From IMG/VR virus record IMGVR_UViG_3300027769_000918, positions 1 through 64,000 of that record: 64,000 bases of DNA; one strand, written 5' to 3'. The notes under the pieces are model-generated. The model saw only the letters and a program-made list of their open reading frames with translations, was not told the DNA's origin and did no database searches. This DNA comes from a virus. Positions within the stretch are counted from its first letter, which is position 1. Every line of letters begins with the position of its first letter. Positions 7,630 to 17,300 of the stretch are shown here, one piece after another. Made by a program: the position numbers and the translations under genes.

Positions 7630-7658
7630 ATTGTACTTTCAGTTGACTAAAATGTCAA
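7630..7658 (-). promoter_or_regulatory. Promoter TTGACA-N17-TACAAT, leaderless start, palindrome over the -35
   Basis: -35 at 7658-7653, -10 at 7635-7630, ATG 6 nt later; TTGAC-N6-GTCAA at 7643-7658. Confidence 0.7.
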
Positions 7659-7984
7659 TTAGAATTAGCGTTTGCAATCTTTAATAATACTAAATATCCA
7701 ATTAAATCATCAATATCGTTATCTCCAGCAAAGCCCTGATTATTCTTTACTCTATTTAATTTATCATCAATACGAACCTTTAATTGTTCTGTTGAGTCCG
7801 CCGTTGAAAATATTCTTGCAGGTTCAAGGGCTGAGTTACCGTATGAGATATTTTTCTCAATTAGCATGTGTGCAATTTCATGGCATGCTGACCATATTTT
7901 ATTGCCAGCTGGAGCGCCTACTGATTTTAAATACAGATCACTACAATTAAAATTGTTAACATCTTCATATACTGGCTTTAGCAT
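7655..7984 (-). CDS. DUF1599/nucleotide-modification-associated domain 1-like protein
   Basis: KNISYGNS...RIDDKLNR...DIDDLIGYLVL pattern. Confidence 0.7.
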   Translation of the reverse strand: MLKPVYEDVNNFNCSDLYLKSVGAPAGNKIWSACHEIAHMLIEKNISYGNSALEPARIFSTADSTEQLKVRIDDKLNRVKNNQGFAGDNDIDDLIGYLVLLKIANANSN

Positions 7985-8534
7985 TATTCCGCCCCTTTTT
8001 TAATGTTGCAATAAAGTGATCGTCAATAGGGTTATTGGGATCTCTAGAATACTCTATGGTGTCTATTGTAAAATATTTTTCAACAATTGGCAATACCTGC
8101 GACGCAGAATGGTCAATCCAAGTTCTGCTGTGCAGCACCAACCTGTCCGCTATTTGAGACAAATCGGCTAAATATGAATTCAGCTCTGAGTCCTCTATAT
8201 GTTGAAATACAAGGCTTGCTAAAACTGTGTCAAATTTAAAAGACTTTACATATTCCCAATCAGTAGTGTATGTTATATTACTTAACTTGTTATCTTCTGG
8301 TACTAAACCTATCATGCTTGGCAAGTCAAAAGAAATAACTTTATCGTATGTATCTGATAAGGCTACGGAGTTTCTTCCCACCCCACATCCAAAATCTAAT
8401 GCTGTTGATCCGTGTCCAAATAAGGATCTTACTTCATCGTACACAGGCATATCTCTTAAAGGCCCATGATACCCAGTAAGTATAAGGTCTCCAGCTGTTT
8501 CCTGATTGGCGTTTAGCCACACGTCTTTGCTCAT
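7965..8534 (-). CDS. Class I SAM-dependent methyltransferase
   Basis: Motif I ALDFGCGVGR, FD, FDTVLASLVFQHI. Confidence 0.88.
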   Translation of the reverse strand: MSKDVWLNANQETAGDLILTGYHGPLRDMPVYDEVRSLFGHGSTALDFGCGVGRNSVALSDTYDKVISFDLPSMIGLVPEDNKLSNITYTTDWEYVKSFKFDTVLASLVFQHIEDSELNSYLADLSQIADRLVLHSRTWIDHSASQVLPIVEKYFTIDTIEYSRDPNNPIDDHFIATLKKGRNNAKASI

Positions 8535-8677
8535 CTTTTTTTAATCAATCCAAACTTTTCTAAATATCTCTGTATAGTCATAGCAGAAACCTTACACTCT
8601 TCAGCAATTTCAGTAACCGTTTTCTTTTGAACAGAATATCTTCTGAATAGCCAGTCTTTATTTTGATATAATTTCAT
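8531..8677 (-). CDS. Small HTH DNA-binding protein (48 aa, not in the ORF track)
   Basis: MKLYQNKDWLFRRYSVQKKTVTEIAEECKVSAMTIQRYLEKFGLIKKR; ATGA overlaps at both ends. Confidence 0.8.
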   Translation of the reverse strand: MKLYQNKDWLFRRYSVQKKTVTEIAEECKVSAMTIQRYLEKFGLIKKR

Positions 8678-9240
8678 CGCTCTGTTAGCACCTTGTTAGC
8701 ATAATGTGCAATGCCAAAGCTATCTGCAACGTCAAAATCCACCACATTTAAATTATACTTCCTATTAAAATAGTCAGCAGTTCTCTGCTTTCTCATGTTT
8801 CTTAATTTGTTTTGATACCATGAGTCAGCGTAACCTGGGTTCTCTACCCTAATGGCTTGTTTTTCTTCTTTAGTGGGATTCTTATTTCCTATGTAGGCTT
8901 GCCAAGATGAGGGGGAAATAGTTATAACTTTAGCCCCTGTTGACATAAGCTCTGCAATTACCACCCCGTAAACATAAGATAGTTTAATTACTGCATCTGC
9001 TGATTTAACAAACACTGCACCCTCAACAACAATGTAATCTGACTTTAACTCTTCAAGCATGGAATGCATTTTATTCTTTGCGTCATGGATCTTTTCATAT
9101 ATATCGAGACCATTAAGCTCAATCTTGCCCCACTTTAATGGCTTATCGTCTTCCATCAAGCAGAAAGCAATAGAGTTTGTTGAGGCATCTATGCCCAACA
9201 CCCTGTTTGCTTTTGTTTTTACAAGATCAGCCAATGTCAT
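8674..9240 (-). CDS. ruvC: RuvC-like Holliday junction resolvase
   Basis: VLGIDAST, IVVEG, DVADSFGIA. Confidence 0.85.
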   Translation of the reverse strand: MTLADLVKTKANRVLGIDASTNSIAFCLMEDDKPLKWGKIELNGLDIYEKIHDAKNKMHSMLEELKSDYIVVEGAVFVKSADAVIKLSYVYGVVIAELMSTGAKVITISPSSWQAYIGNKNPTKEEKQAIRVENPGYADSWYQNKLRNMRKQRTADYFNRKYNLNVVDFDVADSFGIAHYANKVLTER

Positions 9241-9505
9241 TTAGCATCCTTTTTACTTTGCCTTTTGTAGTTAAGTCTATATTCTTTTCACATGTAGCAC
9301 AGTATTCTGTTTTATTATATCTACTTAATTGTATCTTACATCTCTTGCATGGACGAACAGCACCGTTTCTGATAGCTTTCTTTTCATAGTATTTTTCCAT
9401 GATTCTGCGATTTGTTGCAACTCTGCAGCATTCATCTGTGCAATACTTTTGATTATGAGTCTTTGGCTCAAAATCTTTAGCACACTCCTTATTAGCACAA
9501 ATCAT
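9227..9505 (-). CDS. Cys-rich zinc-binding hypothetical protein
   Basis: CANKEC...YCTDEC...CKRC...CATC. Confidence 0.75.
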   Translation of the reverse strand: MICANKECAKDFEPKTHNQKYCTDECCRVATNRRIMEKYYEKKAIRNGAVRPCKRCKIQLSRYNKTEYCATCEKNIDLTTKGKVKRMLNDIG

Positions 9506-10293
9506 ACTTTAGGCACCACAAATAAATCTAAGTCTACTGTTCCTTCTGGTCCGCCTTTTGTATAACACTCTTTCTTAATTGGGCAGTATGTACAAGGCAT
9601 CTTTGACTTAGTCGCACCTTCTGGTCTTCTAGGGAGGTCTCCATTTTGAAAATTATCCCAGACAGACTCTAGCCATCTAAATGTGCTCTCAATAATTTCT
9701 TTATTGCGTTCATTCATGCTAATAGGAATTACTAGTATCTCTTGTGTATTTTTGTTTTCGTACAAGAAAAATCCTTCTTTAGCATTCTTTAGTTTCATGT
9801 ACGTAAGAAGCTGTAGCATATGATTTGCAGTAGGCTTCATCTCAGATTGTCTGGTATCCCAAACCTCTTGTTTGGCCGTCTTGATTTCACCAATTACAGT
9901 TTCACCATCATATTCCATAATTAAATCTATAAAGCCTCTAATTGGAGGATACTCGTTAATAATTTCTTCTTCTTCAGATTTAAACTGAGGCATTGTAGAA
10001 ATAAGTTTTTGAAGTCTTTCATGAGCTTGTGTTCCCTGAGCCATGTTTGCAACGGCAACAGCATCGTTATCGTCAATAAACATTGCACCACTAAATGCCA
10101 TGTACCAGTACCTTGGACAATTTCCGTGTCCATACCCAAGTGAGCTTGGGCTAAATGACTTCTTTGTCATCTCACCATCTGCACGTTTTGTATTTCTATA
10201 AGACTCATCAAGTAGTTGAGCAAATAGTTCTGGATCAAAGAACTTACCAGTGTGCTTTTTAAACTTGAGGTTCTTTACAATATCTCTAGCCAT
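9502..10293 (-). CDS. Cas4-like PD-(D/E)XK exonuclease
   Basis: CPRYWY, GFID, GEIKT, QLLTY, CTYCPIKKEC (four Cys for an Fe-S cluster); start re-called at MARDIV (10293). Confidence 0.85.
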   Translation of the reverse strand: MARDIVKNLKFKKHTGKFFDPELFAQLLDESYRNTKRADGEMTKKSFSPSSLGYGHGNCPRYWYMAFSGAMFIDDNDAVAVANMAQGTQAHERLQKLISTMPQFKSEEEEIINEYPPIRGFIDLIMEYDGETVIGEIKTAKQEVWDTRQSEMKPTANHMLQLLTYMKLKNAKEGFFLYENKNTQEILVIPISMNERNKEIIESTFRWLESVWDNFQNGDLPRRPEGATKSKMPCTYCPIKKECYTKGGPEGTVDLDLFVVPKV

Positions 10294-10783
10294 TGTTTGG
10301 CACCCACATTTTTTCTTTTCCTTTATTGTGATATCTAGCCATAACAAACAATAAGTCTGATAGACGATTTAAATACTTAGCAATGTTTGGATTTACATTT
10401 TCTATCTTCCAAACTTCACGCTCTGCCCTTCTTACAACAGTCCTTGCATTGTGCAGTGGTCCTGTTGGTAAAACAAAAGATCTTAAAGGTTCTAGATATT
10501 CATTATAGTCATCAATTACATTTTCTAAATATGTTACTCTGTTTTCAGATATTGTTATTGTTGAAGCACCTGCAAGCTCTGCGCCAAGATCAAATAAGTC
10601 GCTCTGAACTCTTTCAATAATATCATTATACTCATCGGTTGCCATTCCAATAGCAGAGTTGGCCTCATCTACAGCACCTATCGCTTCCATTATAGGGCTA
10701 GTCTTAGACACCCTTTCGTTATTAGCGTTAGAGGTTTGCCCATCATCGCCAGTTTTAGTATAAATTTTACTTAGTATTACCAT
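10286..10783 (-). CDS. pduO: ATP:cob(I)alamin adenosyltransferase, PduO type
   Basis: KIYTKTGDDGQT, GAVDEANSAIG, QSDLFDLGAEL, FVLP, ARTVVRRAER, YLNRLSDLLFVMAR; start re-called at 10783. Confidence 0.93.
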   Translation of the reverse strand: MVILSKIYTKTGDDGQTSNANNERVSKTSPIMEAIGAVDEANSAIGMATDEYNDIIERVQSDLFDLGAELAGASTITISENRVTYLENVIDDYNEYLEPLRSFVLPTGPLHNARTVVRRAEREVWKIENVNPNIAKYLNRLSDLLFVMARYHNKGKEKMWVPNNG

Positions 10784-10926
10784 CAGTGACCCCTTAAAGA
10801 ACGCCAAACATCTACTGCAATTTCATTAACTACAGATAAAGCAAAAACTGTTATAAAAAGCTGAGCAATAATTAATATTGGAAAAGATTTATTCTTAACC
10901 TTTTCTTCTAATAATTCTACGGCCAT
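10783..10926 (-). CDS. Small single-pass membrane protein (47 aa, not in the ORF track)
   Basis: MAVELLEEKVKNKSFPILIIAQLFITVFALSVVNEIAVDVWRSLRGH; AAGGAG RBS; TGATG overlap with pduO. Confidence 0.7.
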   Translation of the reverse strand: MAVELLEEKVKNKSFPILIIAQLFITVFALSVVNEIAVDVWRSLRGH

Positions 10927-11366
10927 CTTACTTCTCCTTTAGTAGAAAATACTAGGCCAAGGTGGTCTCCTGGTTCGACAAAAGTTTCATTAATTCCCTT
11001 TTGTGCCCAGCCCCATTCATTTCTTGGAAATGGCAAGGCCTGATTCTTTTTTACTAACACGGCCCAATATGCATTTTCTGGTGGCATGTCTTGGCATTTT
11101 TCAACACTGTTGTTGGGAAAATTATTTACTCTGCAGACAACAGCATTTCCATACTTTACTGTTCCCTCTATATTATACCCATGTGTCTTTAATAGATCTA
11201 AAGAATTAACTTTACCACTGGCACTGACGCATTTCTTTTCTACTGTAGAATTATTTCCGTAGTCTACGTATAGGTTAATGCACTTTGGTTGATTAGAATT
11301 TAAAACAAACAATCCTATTGCTGAACCAATAAAAATAAACACCAGCATAATTCTTTTTTGAATCAT
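10917..11366 (-). CDS. Membrane-anchored/exported protein with a transcobalamin-like (DUF4430-type) beta-grasp domain
   Basis: N-terminal hydrophobic anchor; SLDLLK...YGNAVVCRVNNFP...YWAVLV...W.WAQKGI....VEPGDHLGLVF. Confidence 0.6.
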   Translation of the reverse strand: MIQKRIMLVFIFIGSAIGLFVLNSNQPKCINLYVDYGNNSTVEKKCVSASGKVNSLDLLKTHGYNIEGTVKYGNAVVCRVNNFPNNSVEKCQDMPPENAYWAVLVKKNQALPFPRNEWGWAQKGINETFVEPGDHLGLVFSTKGEVRWP

Positions 11367-11701
11367 GAGTTATATCTAACGACATACTTAAGTGCATCTA
11401 CAAGTTTGTCTATGGACTCTTTTACTGAATAGTAAACATTCTTTTTATTATTATTTACAGTTCCCGCTTTATCTTTAGCAATAGTTGAATACACAGAAGA
11501 CATTACGGCAAACTTAGTAGACATTGCTTGAAGCTCCATAATTAGCATGGGTGCTTTAGCAGATGGAACATCTGGATTCATTAATAGCTTTACTACAATT
11601 GCTAATGCCTTGTCTAGATGTTCATCTTTCATAAACTCATGTAGGTCATTAAACTCAGTAATATTGCTAATTAGTTCTAGTGTGTTTTTTTCTTCTGCCA
11701 T
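11363..11701 (-). CDS. Phage hypothetical protein (helical)
   Basis: 112-aa ORF in the tightly packed replication operon. Confidence 0.75.
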   Translation of the reverse strand: MAEEKNTLELISNITEFNDLHEFMKDEHLDKALAIVVKLLMNPDVPSAKAPMLIMELQAMSTKFAVMSSVYSTIAKDKAGTVNNNKKNVYYSVKESIDKLVDALKYVVRYNS

Positions 11702-11781
11702 TTATCTACCTTATCTATAAACAATCCGAATGGATATCCGATTGCAAAACCTAACAACAACCCAAACAGGAAGGTTGTCAT
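11677..11781 (-). CDS. Small membrane peptide (34 aa, not in the ORF track)
   Basis: MTTFLFGLLLGFAIGYPFGLFIDKVDKWQKKKTH; TAATG overlap with the ssb stop; GAGG upstream. Confidence 0.6.
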   Translation of the reverse strand: MTTFLFGLLLGFAIGYPFGLFIDKVDKWQKKKTH

Positions 11782-12203
11782 TAGAATGGAACCTCTGCCT
11801 CTGTAATATCCCACTTAGAGGGGGCCGACCAAGAATCTGATTTAAGAGATTGCTTAAATGAACTTGATTCGTTTTTTGACAAAGACCAGGTTGTCACTGC
11901 AATTGTGTCTGCGTTTACATCATAAGATGTCCGACTATTACCTTCTTTGTCTTTCCATGTCTCTTCATAAATCTTTCCTACAATAACCACTTCTTGACCC
12001 TTTTTAAGTGTAGCAATGCTTTGCTCTGCTAAACTTTTCCACGCCTTAACTGTCCACCAAGATGTATCTTTGTCATCCCACTGGTTTGTTGCGTCATTTT
12101 TAACACGATCATTTGAAACAATGCGTAGTCTTACTCCGCCACCGTTTAGCTTAACTGGATCCTGCCCTACTCGACCAACGATTGTAATTGTTGGATTAGC
12201 CAT
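11781..12203 (-). CDS. ssb: Single-stranded DNA-binding protein
   Basis: ITIVGRVGQDP, WWTVKAW..LAE, KGQEVVIVG, C-terminal EVPF. Confidence 0.92.
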   Translation of the reverse strand: MANPTITIVGRVGQDPVKLNGGGVRLRIVSNDRVKNDATNQWDDKDTSWWTVKAWKSLAEQSIATLKKGQEVVIVGKIYEETWKDKEGNSRTSYDVNADTIAVTTWSLSKNESSSFKQSLKSDSWSAPSKWDITEAEVPF

Positions 12204-12504
12204 TTTTATTTTCCTCCCAGAATGCGATCAGATCTTCTAAGATCGACCACTCAATGATTCCAAGTCGAACCTTGGAATCCTCACCGATTATTATTTTAAG
12301 AGCGGGATGCATATCTCGACTTACCTTAAAAGTATCTGTACAGATTTTAGCCCATACATCTTTATTTAAATTAAATGATGCTTTCGCTTCTTTATAGTCC
12401 ACAAGGAACTGATTCCACTTTGCATCACCTTTTTGATAATCACCACGACCACTATTTTTTTGAGCCTTAGCGCCATCTCTTTTTACTTCTGCTCTTTCTG
12501 ACAC
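12196..12504 (-). CDS. Putative restriction-like endonuclease/resolvase
   Basis: NSGRG...KGDA...LVDYKE pattern, PD-(D/E)XK-like. Confidence 0.55.
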   Translation of the reverse strand: MSERAEVKRDGAKAQKNSGRGDYQKGDAKWNQFLVDYKEAKASFNLNKDVWAKICTDTFKVSRDMHPALKIIIGEDSKVRLGIIEWSILEDLIAFWEENKNG

Positions 12505-12692
12505 TACTGAACCTTAAAAACTGTTTCATGCCCTTTGGAACATCTCCAAGACATAACCAACTCTATAGGGTCCCAACTTGCTCCATTAACATCCTCGTCG
12601 CATGTATTACATGCTCTAAGACCTGGAAGCCTTTCTAATTCATACTCTTTTTGCTCAATCTTTTTATTAAAAAACTCATTAAGATTTGGCAT
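12504..12692 (-). CDS. Small zinc-ribbon-like protein
   Basis: CNTC...CSKGH. Confidence 0.7.
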   Translation of the reverse strand: MPNLNEFFNKKIEQKEYELERLPGLRACNTCDEDVNGASWDPIELVMSWRCSKGHETVFKVQ

Positions 12693-13683
12693 TTATCTCT
12701 TCTTCCAAGCTGTTTACAACATCTGGATTTTCCTTTAAATATGCTACAGCCTTTGCACGTCCTTGAAAACGTTCTCCATTTACTGTATACCATGCTCCAC
12801 CTTTTTCTACAATCCCGCACATTTCTGCAACATCAAGAGTTTCACCGACACGGTCTACACCAAGAGTTTCCCCTTGGTAGTAAAAGTCATACTGTCCTGA
12901 TAGATTTGGGGGACCGAGTTTGTTGTAATCAATAATCCAGTTAACTGGCCTTCCAACTCTTTGTTCAATGATCTTGTCGCCAACTTTAATCCCAGCTTTA
13001 ATAGCATTCGCCTCAGCTTCAGACGACCAGAGTTTAATGACAGTGGAAGAAAAGAACTTGACTGCCATGCCACCTGTTGGGATGTGACTAGCATGCATAG
13101 ATCCAAATTGATTTCGTTGTTGTGAGATGAGAACAAGTAGTGTGTTTTTGTTTGCATAATTTAACATTTTGACTGCGTGGGTCATATCCTTTGCTTCAGC
13201 GCCGATTTGCTTTGTATCCTGCAAATCTTTCATTTCATTTCCATCTTTTTCAAAATAAATTGCTGGCAACAATGCAGAAATTGAGTCAACAACTATCATG
13301 TCAACCCCAGCATCCATTAGCTTTGTTGCAACATCAACCATGTCGTTTACTGTTTTTGCTGGAGAATAGATAAGGGAAGATGAATCTACTCCTAAACTTT
13401 CAGCCCAAGACTGGTCGTATGACGCTTCGGCATCAATCCATGCACAAGTCTTTCCTTCTTTTTGCGCCATTGCAATCATTTGCAAACAGAACGAAGACTT
13501 ACCAGCAGATTTGTTGCCCCACACAAGGACTTGTCTGCCGTATCCTAGACCGCCACGGAGAGCAAAGTTTAATCCAATACTTGGTGTAAGTTGTTTTTCA
13601 ACTTGAACGTCCTGTGCTGATTGAACTCGTGCTCTTGTTTTTGGATCTAATTTTGCTAATACATCATCTATTAATATACTCAT
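12679..13683 (-). CDS. recA: RecA-like recombinase
   Basis: GGLGYGR, GNKSAGKS, WIDAE, VVDSISAL, ISQQR, TGGMAVKF, GGAWY...FQGR. Confidence 0.93.
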   Translation of the reverse strand: MSILIDDVLAKLDPKTRARVQSAQDVQVEKQLTPSIGLNFALRGGLGYGRQVLVWGNKSAGKSSFCLQMIAMAQKEGKTCAWIDAEASYDQSWAESLGVDSSSLIYSPAKTVNDMVDVATKLMDAGVDMIVVDSISALLPAIYFEKDGNEMKDLQDTKQIGAEAKDMTHAVKMLNYANKNTLLVLISQQRNQFGSMHASHIPTGGMAVKFFSSTVIKLWSSEAEANAIKAGIKVGDKIIEQRVGRPVNWIIDYNKLGPPNLSGQYDFYYQGETLGVDRVGETLDVAEMCGIVEKGGAWYTVNGERFQGRAKAVAYLKENPDVVNSLEEEINAKS

Positions 13684-13712
13684 GTAAACCTTTTCTTTCC
13701 CTTAGTATAGCA

Positions 13713-14060
13713 TTAAAATAAATTGCCGTGAAGCCTTGGTCTTTCTTTATTTATATTAATTTTTTTATCTAGAACTTCATCTAGGCTATGGATTAAATCT
13801 CCTGAATTTCTCATTGCTGCGTAAATGTCTAGTAATCTAATAATTACATCTGCCATTTCTTCAACAACTTCTTCTGACCCTTTATTTTTTCTAATTGCTT
13901 CAAGCACTTCTGTTACTTCAGAATGAACCAATGCTAATTTATTACCGACCTTATCATAGCTAATAGTTCCGTCCCAGAAACCTTTTTCAATTGCAGTTTC
14001 ATGTAGTACTGCAGAAAGAGCATCTAGTCCGTATTCTGTTACTATACTATTCGAAGTCAT
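13713..14060 (-). CDS. MazG-like NTP pyrophosphohydrolase
   Basis: LVHSEVTEVLEAIRK...EEMADVIIRLLD...NKERP..HG. Confidence 0.88.
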   Translation of the reverse strand: MTSNSIVTEYGLDALSAVLHETAIEKGFWDGTISYDKVGNKLALVHSEVTEVLEAIRKNKGSEEVVEEMADVIIRLLDIYAAMRNSGDLIHSLDEVLDKKININKERPRLHGNLF

Positions 14061-14316
14061 TAATTAGTTCCGCTTCTTTAATTTCGCCTTCTGCTAGCAT
14101 GCCGTTAAATTCAAATTCGCTATCAGATGGAAGTCTAAAGATAAACGCTGGTCCAGTTTCGTCGTAGTCTACAACGAGCTGCTTGTCTTTGTTGTCTGCC
14201 TCAACCAGAGTCTTTGTTTCAACCCTTACGCTACCTAGTGTTTCCAGGATAGCAACTAAAACCTTGCTTGCCGTTAGCGAAGCTTGTACTTCATTTACAT
14301 CATATTCTTCTGTCAT
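14047..14316 (-). CDS. Hypothetical protein
   Basis: 89-aa acidic ORF overlapping both neighbours. Confidence 0.7.
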   Translation of the reverse strand: MTEEYDVNEVQASLTASKVLVAILETLGSVRVETKTLVEADNKDKQLVVDYDETGPAFIFRLPSDSEFEFNGMLAEGEIKEAELINDFE

Positions 14317-17300
14317 TTTATTTCCTTTACCATTAAAGTTCCATCATCTAAAGTAGATAGGACAACCTTACACTTCATTCCTTCTCGCATTTTAGCAAGG
14401 GACATTTTATACATTGTTGGGAAAGCAATTACTCTAGTCAATTCTTTTTCTGAATTTGAAAGAATTATATGGCTCATTGTTTTCCCAGCCTTTGTTACAT
14501 ACGGAGTAAAGTCTACTACAACATACTCGTCTTCGTCAAGGTCATACCCCTTTTTGTACAGATAATCTACAAATGAATTAGAGCCTGAAGGATCAATATC
14601 GCTTACCTTTACATAACGAGCAATTCTATTATCACCCACAAGAATAAAATACATCTGTCCAGTTTCTATTTGTGTCTGCTCCGTGTGGAATAAGCCAATA
14701 GATCCAGTTTCATCTACCAGCTCAATACGTGCCCAACCATTGCCACGTTTAATTGACTTAACCATTCCAAACATTACAAATGAACCTAGGTCTTCAAATT
14801 CTTCAATTGGTCTAGCTTGCGATTTAATTCTTGGAGGTATTCCTTCTAAGTTAAATGTTGGTATACCTAAGTACTCGTAATAGTTGTCCTTCTCATTCCC
14901 ATTTCTTGGGTTATCTTCAAATGCCGCACCGCCAATTGCATTCAATGCAGAGATGGCACGACTATTAATTCCGCTTCCCTTCTTAGAAGCCTTTTCGATA
15001 AACTCTGAATAAGAATTAAATGGTCTTTGATCAATAATTTTATTTGCAATACTGTCTGAAATAAACTTTACTTCTCCGAGGCCAAATCGAATTGAGTCTC
15101 CTTTTAAAGAAAAGAAAACATCTGATTCGTTAATGTGTGGAAGTTTTATGCTCAACTTTAATCTTTTTGCCTCAATTAGATATTCCGTTCTGGCGTCTTT
15201 GTCATTTTCGTTTTTAAGAATTGAGAACATAAATTCCAAAGGATAATAAGTCTTGAGCCAAGCAGTATAGTAAGAGAGCATAGAGTAAGCAACAGCATGG
15301 GAACGGTTAAAAGAATACCCAGCATGAGCCTCGAAAGTATGCCATAACGTTTCGGCTTGCTTCTTAGAAATGTGTTTTGAAGCGCCATCAATAAAGCGAT
15401 CCTTGAACTGGTCGAATTCTTTTGCATCTTTTTTCTTTCCAATAATTTTACGAACCTTGTCAGCTTCTGACCAGGTCATTCCTCCTAGGTGCACACACGC
15501 TTGCATGACCTGCTCTTGATAAATAATAACTCCATATGTGTTTTCTGTAAACGGTTTCATGATTGGATGAATAAACTGTACTGCTTCATCACCATGCTTG
15601 CGTTTAATATAAGAAGCACCTACAGTATTCATTGCTCCTGGACGAACTAGCGCATTTGAAGCGGCAAGATCTTCAAACTTGTCTACACCCATTTTTATAA
15701 GCAAGTTTGTATAAGGAGTTGCTTCTGCCTGAAACACTCCCTTTGTATATCCTTCGCTTAATATTTTATATACGTTTGCATCGTCTAGTGGCAACTCAGA
15801 AAGATTAATATCTTTACCTGATCTCTTTTTAATTGAAGATAATGTATCTGAGATCACAGATAAAGTTTTAAGACCTAGGGCGTCTAGCTTAATAAGACCT
15901 ATATCTGCAACAGTATCCATATCGTATGCCACGACAGGAATTCTTCCAGAAACTAAATCACTTGCATCTGCTCTAGATTCAACTGGAGCATACTTTCTAA
16001 TATCATCTTTTGCAACAACAACTCCTGCTGCGTGTACGCCAACAGATCTAATTCTCCCACGCAATCTGTCTGCGAGCCAAACTACTTCTGGGTATTTAGT
16101 TCTAAATTCTTTTGTGTTGGGTGATTCAATAAAATCTTCAAAGGTATCAATAGACTTCATTGCACGGTTAACATCAGATAGTGGCACCATAAATACACGA
16201 GCAGCATCTCTAATTACACCCTTATCTTTAAAATAAGTGTATGTAGAAATAGATGCAACGTGCTTAAACTTTTTCTTTAAATAGTCTTTAACTTCTTTAC
16301 GACGGCGGTCTTCAAAATCAGTATCAATATCAGGAAAATCATTACGCTCTGGGTTAATAAAACGGAAGAACAATAGATCATATTTAATTGGGTCTACGTC
16401 TGTAATTCCAAGTGCGTAGCAAACAAGTGAGCCTGCAGCAGATCCACGACCTGGACCAACCTTAATATCATTTTCTTTTGCCCAATTAATCATATCTGCA
16501 ACTACTAAAAAGTAAGAAGCAAATGACTTATCTTTAATTACAGATAACTCTTCTTCAAGCCTATCAACATACACTTGAGACTCTGCGAGACCTAGTCTTT
16601 TAAGGCCTTCAGAGGCCATTTGAGCCAGTTTATCGTCGGCATCCGTCTTGGGTACTGGGAGCAAGTCTAAACCACTGTTAAAATCGTATTCTCCAATTTT
16701 GCCAGCAATTTCCATGGTGTTTTCATATATATCTGTACGATTAATGCCAGCCTTATTAAAATCAGCCTCAATCTCAGACCTTGATTGAATAAACAAATTA
16801 TAGTCCTGAAAAGATATTCTACGGTCTGGATACAGGTAATTTAATCTTTCATTAACATCTTTAATCTGTCTAGACATTTCAAAGTCGGCATCCTTATCCA
16901 TCTTAGGGGATGTTGATAAAATAAGCATAGCCTCTTCTAGTACACGATCTTCTTCTTTAGCAAAGTGAGCATCTCCTGTTGCCACCGCCTTAATTTTAAG
17001 TTCGTCAGCAAGCTCTAACAATTTAGAATTTATTTCTTCTGGATTGTGAGACTGAACCTCAACATAAAAATCTTCACCGAAAGTCTTTTTAAAATCTTTG
17101 AGAACAATCTTAGCTTCAGAGAATTCGCCTTTTTCGATAGACTTAGAAATAAGACCATTAAGACATCCAGACAATACAATAATGCCTTCCGAGTATTCAT
17201 TGAGGACCTCCCTATCAATTCTAGGCTTATGGTAGAAACCTTCATTCCAAGCAATCTCCTGAAGGATATTAATATTCTCTAAGCCTTTTTTGTTTTTTGC

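Noticed and set aside
9502-10293. CRISPR-Cas system
   Set aside because: Only a solo Cas4-like gene; no cas1/cas2, effector genes or repeat-spacer array.
10917-11781. Cobalamin riboswitch upstream of the B12 cassette
   Set aside because: The region is fully coding with overlapping ORFs and shows no B12-box sequence.
13713-14060. Z-genome (2-aminoadenine) or 7-deazaguanine pathway
   Set aside because: A MazG-like gene alone is insufficient; no purZ, datZ, dpdA or que genes are in the window.
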